Origin: Candidatus Krumholzibacteriia bacterium | GTDB taxonomy: Bacteria; Krumholzibacteriota; Krumholzibacteriia; WVZY01 | DNA length: 20,704 bases | Assembly (NCBI GenBank): GCA_046754105.1 | Contig: JBHHVD010000060.1 | Coordinates: 1 to 20,704, forward strand | Direction of reading: 5' to 3' | Shown here: positions 15,495 through 20,704 of the stretch, piece by piece | How positions within the stretch are numbered: position 1 is the first letter of the stretch | How the letters are laid out: each line of letters begins with the position of its first letter | Made by a program: the position numbers and the translations under genes | Notes under the pieces: generated by a model | What the model was told of the DNA's origin: nothing | The model's input: only the letters and a program-made list of their open reading frames with translations | The model's database searches: none

Positions 15495-17690
15495 CTAATT
15501 CCGGCCGACGACCGTCGCGCTCATTCCGAATACCTTGAAGAGAAACGCGTAGATGTCCGCCGCCTCTTCGATGCGCTTCGTGGTCGGCTTGCCGGCCCCG
15601 TGACCCGCCTTGGTCTCGATACGAATCAGTATCGGGTTGGTACCCGCGTCCGCCGCCTGCAGGGTCGCCGCAAACTTCTTGGCGTGGGACGGCACGACGC
15701 GATCGTCTGTGTCGGCCGTTGTTATGAGCGTCGGCGGGTAGGACACGCCCGGTTCCACGTTGTGCAGCGGTGAGTACGCGTACAGGAACTTGAATTGCTC
15801 CGCGTTCTCCACGGCGTTCCCGTATTCTGGCACCCAATATCGTCCAACCGTAAACATGTGATAGCGCAGCATGTCCGTTACCGGAACCCGGCACACCGTC
15901 GCGCCGAAAAGGTCCGGGCGCTGCAACAGGCACGCGGCCACCAGCAGCCCGCCGTTGCTGCCCCCCTCGATGGCGAGACGTTTGGTGCTCGTATACTTGT
16001 TGGCGATCAGCCATTCGCCGGCCGCGATGAAGTCGTCGAAAACGTTTTGCTTCCTGTCCAGCATTCCCTCCTGGTGCCATTCCTCCCCGTACTCGTCACC
16101 GCCGCGGAGGTTGGCCAGCGCGTACACGCCACCGTTTTCCATCCACACGAGCCGTGTGATCGAAAACCGGGGCGTGAGACTGATATTGAAACCGCCGTAG
16201 CCGTAGAGAAGCGTCGGGTTGGTGCCGTCGAGCTTCAATCCCTTCTTGTGGGTAAGGAACATCGGCACCCTCGTGCCGTCCTTGGACCTGTAAAACACCT
16301 GTTTCGTTTCGAACTTCGAGGCGTCGAAATCGATCTCGGGCTGGCGAAAGACCGAGATCTTGTTCTTCCGGAAGTCATAACGAAACGCGGTCGTCGGGTA
16401 GAGAAACGACGTAAACGAAAAGAACATCTCGTCGTCCTTGCGCTCTCCGGACAACCCTCCAATCGAGCCGATCGTGGGCATTTCGATCTGGCGCCGGAAC
16501 TTGCCGCCCTTGTCGTAGATATTGAGCTTGTGGTGCGCATCGTGCATGTAAGCGACGACGAGTTCGTCGTTCACCATCGTTGCGAAATCGATGACGTCCT
16601 CGGTCTCCCCTACGATCTCTTTCCAGTGCTCGCGGCCGGGGTTCTTGATGTCGATCGCGATGATTCGTCCGCGCGGCGCGTCGAGATCGGTTTCAAAATA
16701 GAAGGTCGTGCCCACGTTGTCGATGCCGTCGAACTTGGCCTCGTCGACTTTGAGCAGCTTTGTGAACTCTCCTTTGCTGTTCATCTCGCGCAGGTAAATA
16801 CCGTTTCGTGGATCGGTTCCGTGGTAGACGTAGACGGCGAGGTATTTGCCGTCGTCCGTGGCATACGGATAAAATCCAAGCTCCTTGTCCTCTCTATCCT
16901 CGTAGACGAGCTCGTCCTTCGACTGCGACGTACCCAGCTCGTGCCAGTAGACGCGAACGAAGTTGTTCTGGTCTTCCTTCGGCACGGAGCCCGCTTCCGG
17001 CAGGCGATTGTAAAAGAATCCCGAGTTGTCCTTCTTCCATGCAATGCCCGTGAACTTGCACCACTTGATCACTTCGGGATAGTCCTCTCCCGTTTCCACG
17101 TTGCGGATCCGGATCTCCTGCCAATCGCTGCCGCTTTGGGTCACGCCGTAGGCCAGAAACTTTCCGTCACTGGTGTACGTGCTCGCGCGAAGAGCCGCGG
17201 TGCCGTCTTCGCTCAGCTTGTTGGGATCGAGCACGACGGTTGCCTTGCCGTCCAATGACTTTTGCATGTAAAGCACGTTCTGGTTTTGTAGACCGTCGTT
17301 TTTCGAGAAGAAATAATGGTCACCCTTCTTGGAGGGCAGTGAATACTTGGGATAGTCCCACAATTCGGTGAGGCGTTTCTCGATGGCTTCACGGGAAGGC
17401 TCGGAATCGATAAACGCCCTCGTGATTTTGTTCTCCGCCTCGACCCACTTCAGGGTCGCCTCTGCTTCGGGATCTTCCATCCAGCGGTATGGGTCCTTGA
17501 TCTTCGTTCCGTGGAAATCGTCGACGACGTTTTCCTTTTTCGCTTTGGGGTACTCGTGCTTCTTGGCGTCGACGGCACCGGGCACCGTCAGCGCGGTGAG
17601 CACGAACACCGCGGACAACACGAGCACCGCTGTGATAAACCGCCTCCGGGCCGCGGGATCTTTTGAGGTCGTAAAGAACGGCGCGAACAT
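15495..17690 (-). CDS. Prolyl oligopeptidase (peptidase S9A), secreted
   Basis: DPYRWMED, beta-propeller region, SKDGTRVPMF, LYGYGGFN, NLRGGDEYG, catalytic GGSNGG / DDRV / AGHGAG. AGGAGG RBS 7 nt before ATG 17690. N-terminal RRxF motif plus hydrophobic signal. Confidence 0.95.
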   Translation of the reverse strand: MFAPFFTTSKDPAARRRFITAVLVLSAVFVLTALTVPGAVDAKKHEYPKAKKENVVDDFHGTKIKDPYRWMEDPEAEATLKWVEAENKITRAFIDSEPSREAIEKRLTELWDYPKYSLPSKKGDHYFFSKNDGLQNQNVLYMQKSLDGKATVVLDPNKLSEDGTAALRASTYTSDGKFLAYGVTQSGSDWQEIRIRNVETGEDYPEVIKWCKFTGIAWKKDNSGFFYNRLPEAGSVPKEDQNNFVRVYWHELGTSQSKDELVYEDREDKELGFYPYATDDGKYLAVYVYHGTDPRNGIYLREMNSKGEFTKLLKVDEAKFDGIDNVGTTFYFETDLDAPRGRIIAIDIKNPGREHWKEIVGETEDVIDFATMVNDELVVAYMHDAHHKLNIYDKGGKFRRQIEMPTIGSIGGLSGERKDDEMFFSFTSFLYPTTAFRYDFRKNKISVFRQPEIDFDASKFETKQVFYRSKDGTRVPMFLTHKKGLKLDGTNPTLLYGYGGFNISLTPRFSITRLVWMENGGVYALANLRGGDEYGEEWHQEGMLDRKQNVFDDFIAAGEWLIANKYTSTKRLAIEGGSNGGLLVAACLLQRPDLFGATVCRVPVTDMLRYHMFTVGRYWVPEYGNAVENAEQFKFLYAYSPLHNVEPGVSYPPTLITTADTDDRVVPSHAKKFAATLQAADAGTNPILIRIETKAGHGAGKPTTKRIEEAADIYAFLFKVFGMSATVVGRN

Positions 17691-17760
17691 GGACATACCT
17701 CCTTGGGGTCGGTAACGGGCAGGACGCTCGGATAGTGGGTGTGTCGATTGAGTTCCCCGT

Positions 17761-17790
17761 ATTATACATAAAATCGTCAGGGAATCCGAA
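17761..17790 (-). promoter_or_regulatory. Putative sigma70 promoter for the peptidase gene
   Basis: Perfect TATAAT on the - strand (17766-17761) in an AT-rich patch. Only a weak -35 (TTCGGA, 18-nt spacer). Confidence 0.45.
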
Positions 17791-17842
17791 AAATGTCTGC
17801 CCCCCCGGGGGCGGTCGCCGGTCCGGTGGCTGTGGCACGTAC

Positions 17843-17870
17843 TTGACACCGTCTCGACGTGTGATATTCT
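17843..17870 (+). promoter_or_regulatory. Putative sigma70 promoter of the thi operon
   Basis: TTGACA-16 nt-TATTCT with extended -10 TGn, upstream of the TPP riboswitch. Confidence 0.65.
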
Positions 17871-17941
17871 ATGGTCGCCCTGCCGGTCGGATAGCGGCAA
17901 GGCGATTGGCGATGCGACTTGTGGCCGCGGTCGGGGTCGCC

Positions 17942-18025
17942 AACCAGGGGTGCTCCCCTACTCTGGACGGGCTGAGATCATACCCTTTGAACCTGCTCCG
18001 GGTAATGCCGGCGAAGGGACGGGTC
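17942..18025 (+). promoter_or_regulatory. TPP (THI-box) riboswitch aptamer
   Basis: AGGGGTGC...GCTGAGA..ATACCCTTTGAACCTG.TCCGGGTAATGCCGGCGAAGGGA consensus, upstream of thiamine genes. Confidence 0.95.
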
Positions 18026-18036
18026 GCGCAAGGCGC

Positions 18037-18074
18037 GCCGCCGTTGCTCATATGGAGCCGGCGGTTTTTTGTTT
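18037..18074 (+). terminator. Intrinsic terminator (riboswitch expression platform)
   Basis: GCCGCCG-(TT)-GCTC / GAGC-CGGCGGT stem followed by TTTTTTGTTT. Confidence 0.8.
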
Positions 18075-18109
18075 GGCGGCGACCGCAGGTGCTTCGCGCG
18101 GATGAACGG

Positions 18110-19264
18110 ATGAATATGGAAGAACTGTGCGCCGAAAAAGACCGCCCCGTCGCCGTCGTCGGGGGCGGCATCATCGGGCTCTCGGTTGGCTGGCAGCTCG
18201 TGCGCCGGGGCAAGCCGGTGGTACTCTTCGAGCGTGAACGAAGCGGGCGGGCGGCCAGCTGGATCGCCGCCGGCATGCTTGCACCCCACGCCGAAGTCGG
18301 CTTCGAGGAAGAGGACTTTCTGCGCATGGGGCTGGAGAGCCTGCGCGAGTACCCGCGCTTCTTGCAGGAGCTCGAGGCGGACACCGGTCATCGTATTCGC
18401 CTCGACGAGCGCGGCACGCTGATCGTCGGTTTCGACCGCGACGACAGCGAGCGCATGCGCCGGCTCTACGAGTTCCGGCGAGGGCTCGAGCTGCCCGTGG
18501 ACTGGCTGGCCGGTTCCGAGGCGCGCGATATCGAACCTCTGCTCTCGCCGAGAGTGACGTCGGCAATCTGGTTGCCGGACGACGGCCAGGTGAACAACCG
18601 CGCCGTGCTCGAGGCACTCAGAGAGGCGTTTGTAACCTGCGGGGGCGACCTGCGAGAAAACTGCCCCGTTACCGCTATCCATTGTGATGGGGACCGGGCA
18701 CGGGGCGTCGAAGCTTCCGGCGAGACACATGGTGCGTCGGCGGTCGTCGTGGCCGCCGGCTGTTGGTCCGGCGGGATTAAGGGAATCCCCGAAGCGCTGC
18801 GGCCGCCCGTACGGCCGGTCAAGGGCCAGTTGGTCTCACTCCGAATGAATGGCGATACGGCCCTGGGCCGTGCCATCCGCGCACCCGACGTCTACCTGCT
18901 TCCCAAGGACGACGGGCGGCTGCTGGTCGGGGCCAGCCAGGAGGAGATGGGCTTCGACGACCAGCCGACGGCGGGGCCCGTGCTGCGACTCTTGCAGCGC
19001 GGCTGGGAAGCCGTGCCGTTCATATACGATCTCCCGCTGGAAAACGTCGACGTCGGGCTTCGCCCGGGCAGCCGCGATAACGAACCGATCATCGGGGCCG
19101 CGCCGATCCCCGGCCTGTACTACGCCACCGGCCATCACCGTCACGGCATCCTGCTGGCACCCTTGACCGCGTACGCGATGAGCGAACTCATCATCGACGG
19201 CGGCACGCGGCCGTGCCTCGAGGCCGCCCGGCCGGAACGATTTCGCGTCGCGCGTGGAGTGTGA
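18110..19264 (+). CDS. thiO: Glycine oxidase ThiO
   Basis: VVGGGIIGLS, ASWIAAGMLAP, VVVAAGCWS, VRPVKGQ, YL.P..DGRLLVGA, GLRP, ATGHHRHGILLAP. Start ATG 18110 or 18116. The ORF-track extension upstream covers the riboswitch and is spurious. Confidence 0.93.
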   Translation: MNMEELCAEKDRPVAVVGGGIIGLSVGWQLVRRGKPVVLFERERSGRAASWIAAGMLAPHAEVGFEEEDFLRMGLESLREYPRFLQELEADTGHRIRLDERGTLIVGFDRDDSERMRRLYEFRRGLELPVDWLAGSEARDIEPLLSPRVTSAIWLPDDGQVNNRAVLEALREAFVTCGGDLRENCPVTAIHCDGDRARGVEASGETHGASAVVVAAGCWSGGIKGIPEALRPPVRPVKGQLVSLRMNGDTALGRAIRAPDVYLLPKDDGRLLVGASQEEMGFDDQPTAGPVLRLLQRGWEAVPFIYDLPLENVDVGLRPGSRDNEPIIGAAPIPGLYYATGHHRHGILLAPLTAYAMSELIIDGGTRPCLEAARPERFRVARGV

Positions 19265-19271
19265 TGAAGGA

Positions 19272-19478
19272 ATGGAGCTCATCGTCAACGGCAGCGAGAG
19301 AGATTTTCCGGGGGTAGCGATGCTCGACCAGTTGATCGAGCGGTTGGACCTGCTGGATTCCCCTGCCGGGATCGCCGTCGCCGTAAACAACACCGTCGTC
19401 CCGCGGGAAGAGTGGAGCGGCCTGCGCCTGGAAAGGGGCGACGCAATCGAAGTCATTCATGCCGTCCAGGGCGGCTAG
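19272..19478 (+). CDS. thiS: Sulfur carrier protein ThiS
   Basis: MELIVNG, IAVAVNN.VVPR..W....L..GD.IEVI.AVQGG with C-terminal GG. Confidence 0.95.
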   Translation: MELIVNGSERDFPGVAMLDQLIERLDLLDSPAGIAVAVNNTVVPREEWSGLRLERGDAIEVIHAVQGG

Positions 19479-19505
19479 GTGTTTTACAACTCGGGAATGC
19501 ATAGC

Positions 19506-20288
19506 ATGGACAAGCTCGACATCGCCGGCAAATCGTTCGCGTCCCGCCTGATTCTGGGCACGTCGAAGTACCCAAGCCCGGAAATCCTGCTGGAGGCGCT
19601 GGAGGCCAGCGGCACGGAGGCGGTAACGGTCGCCATCCGCAGAGTCAACCTCGACGACCGCTCGCAGGAGAATATCCTCAATCTGATCGATCGCGGCCGC
19701 TACTTCGTCCTGCCCAACACGGCGGGGTGCTTCACGGCCAAGGAAGCCGTGCTCACGGCGCGCCTGGCCCGGGAAGCCCTCGGGACGCACTGGGTCAAGC
19801 TCGAGGTGATCGGCGACGATGACACGCTCTTCCCCGACGTGGCGGAACTGCTCAAGGCTACCGAGACACTCCTCGGCGAGGGGTTTACCGTTCTGCCGTA
19901 CTGCAACGACGACCCGGTCACCTGCCAGAAGCTCGCCCGCATGGGCTGCCCCGCCGTCATGCCCCTCGGCGCCCCGATCGGATCGGGTATGGGCATCCGC
20001 AACCCCTACAACCTGAGGATCATTCGGGAGACGGTGCCGGTCCCCGTCATCGTCGACGCCGGCGTTGGGACGGCGTCCGACGTCGCCGTCGCGATGGAGC
20101 TGGGGGTCGACGCGGTCCTCCTCAACACCGCGGTGGCTGAAGCGCAGCATCCGGTAGAGATGGCGCGGGCCATGCGGCTCGCCGCCGAAGCGGGACGCCT
20201 CGCCTTCCGCGCCGGGCGTATTCCGAAGCGGCTCTACGCGTCGGCATCGAGCCCCCTGGAGGGTCTCATTGAAGGCGAGCGCGACTGA
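19506..20288 (+). CDS. thiG: Thiazole synthase ThiG
   Basis: [47 protein letters not shown]...AMELG.D.VLLNTA, ASASSP. Start 19497 or 19506. Confidence 0.96.
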   Translation: MDKLDIAGKSFASRLILGTSKYPSPEILLEALEASGTEAVTVAIRRVNLDDRSQENILNLIDRGRYFVLPNTAGCFTAKEAVLTARLAREALGTHWVKLEVIGDDDTLFPDVAELLKATETLLGEGFTVLPYCNDDPVTCQKLARMGCPAVMPLGAPIGSGMGIRNPYNLRIIRETVPVPVIVDAGVGTASDVAVAMELGVDAVLLNTAVAEAQHPVEMARAMRLAAEAGRLAFRAGRIPKRLYASASSPLEGLIEGERD

Positions 20289-20418
20289 TTTTCGTCTGCT
20301 GTTTATCACCGACCGGACCCTGAATTCCAAGGCTTTGCCCGCGCTGGTCCGCGCCGCATGCGACGCCGGCATACGCGCCGTTCAGCTGAGGGAGAAAGAC
20401 CTTTCCGGCGCGGCGCTC
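20269..20418 (+). pseudogene. thiE: Thiamine-phosphate synthase (ThiE/TenI family) N-terminal fragment, truncated after ~50 codons
   Basis: FRLLFITDR...A...GIRAVQLREKDLS matches the ThiE N-terminus. Similarity ends at about 20418 and the frame runs into unrelated sequence, stopping at 20547. Confidence 0.8.
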
Positions 20419-20702
20419 AACCCCACGACGGTCGTTAAATCGATGCGTTGCGCCACCTCCCCCACGTCCGGGCGGACGAAGGTCTTCCCGTCTTCCTGGA
20501 AGAACCGGCCCGCGACCGAGTCCCGATCCGCGAAGGTTACGAGATAAGACGACGAAGTGCTCAGCCCACGGACTTGGTCGACCGGCACGATGACGCGGCC
20601 GGCAAGACTCGTCTTGAATACGACGACGCCGGACCCGACACGGTGCAGCGACCCCGAAAGTGCCTCGCCGCTTTGGAGATACAGTACGTCCGCACCCGCC
20701 CG
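20382..20702 (-). CDS. Fragment of a convergent gene (5' end outside window), resembling the N-terminal domain of exported DUF481/YdiY-like proteins, apparently 3'-truncated
   Basis: Open frame from the window edge: ..AGADVLYLQSGEALSGSL...VVFKTSLAGRVIVPVDQVRGLST...VTFADRDSVAGRF.... It reads into the antisense of thiE and stops at 20382. Confidence 0.5.
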   Translation of the reverse strand, partial: RAGADVLYLQSGEALSGSLHRVGSGVVVFKTSLAGRVIVPVDQVRGLSTSSSYLVTFADRDSVAGRFFQEDGKTFVRPDVGEVAQRIDLTTVVGLSAAPERSFSLS

Positions 20703-20704
20703 TC

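Noticed and set aside
15274..16080. N-terminal extension of the 534-aa ORF suggesting a fused domain on the TIGR04283 GT
   Set aside because: Out-of-frame overlap with the peptidase gene, Arg/Gly-rich nonsense composition, and a better start with RBS at 15273.
17735..18109. Long N-terminal extension of ThiO in the ORF track
   Set aside because: The region holds promoters, the TPP riboswitch and a terminator. Homology starts near 18110.
1..20704. CRISPR arrays, tRNA/rRNA genes, transposases or integrases
   Set aside because: No regularly spaced repeats, cloverleaf or rRNA signatures, or mobile-element ORFs were seen by eye.

Overview
High-GC bacterial window with four blocks. (1) On the + strand, the tail of a sarcosine-oxidase/dye-linked proline dehydrogenase-like flavoprotein operon (partial alpha subunit, stand-alone BFD-like [2Fe-2S] subunit, beta subunit), followed by mscS. 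(2) On the - strand, about 12.5 kb of tightly packed co-directional genes (15273->2711): TIGR04283-type glycosyltransferase, PiT-family transporter, arsenite methyltransferase arsM, radical SAM arsS, CesA-like GT2, GT-C/GT87-like membrane glycosyltransferase, DPM-synthase-like GT2, secreted DUF547, lipoprotein PQQ sugar dehydrogenase, UbiE/MenG methyltransferase and ADP-forming acyl-CoA synthetase. This looks like an arsenic-assimilating arsenosugar pathway extended with lipid-carrier glycosylation and periplasmic enzymes, with no efflux, reductase or ArsR gene in view. A ~165-nt rod-shaped structured element lies directly upstream of it. (3) A secreted prolyl oligopeptidase on the - strand. 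(4) A divergent TPP-riboswitch-controlled thiO-thiS-thiG-thiE operon in which thiE breaks off after ~50 codons and abuts a convergent truncated gene (deletion or assembly chimera). All family calls come from motif recognition by eye, without database searches.
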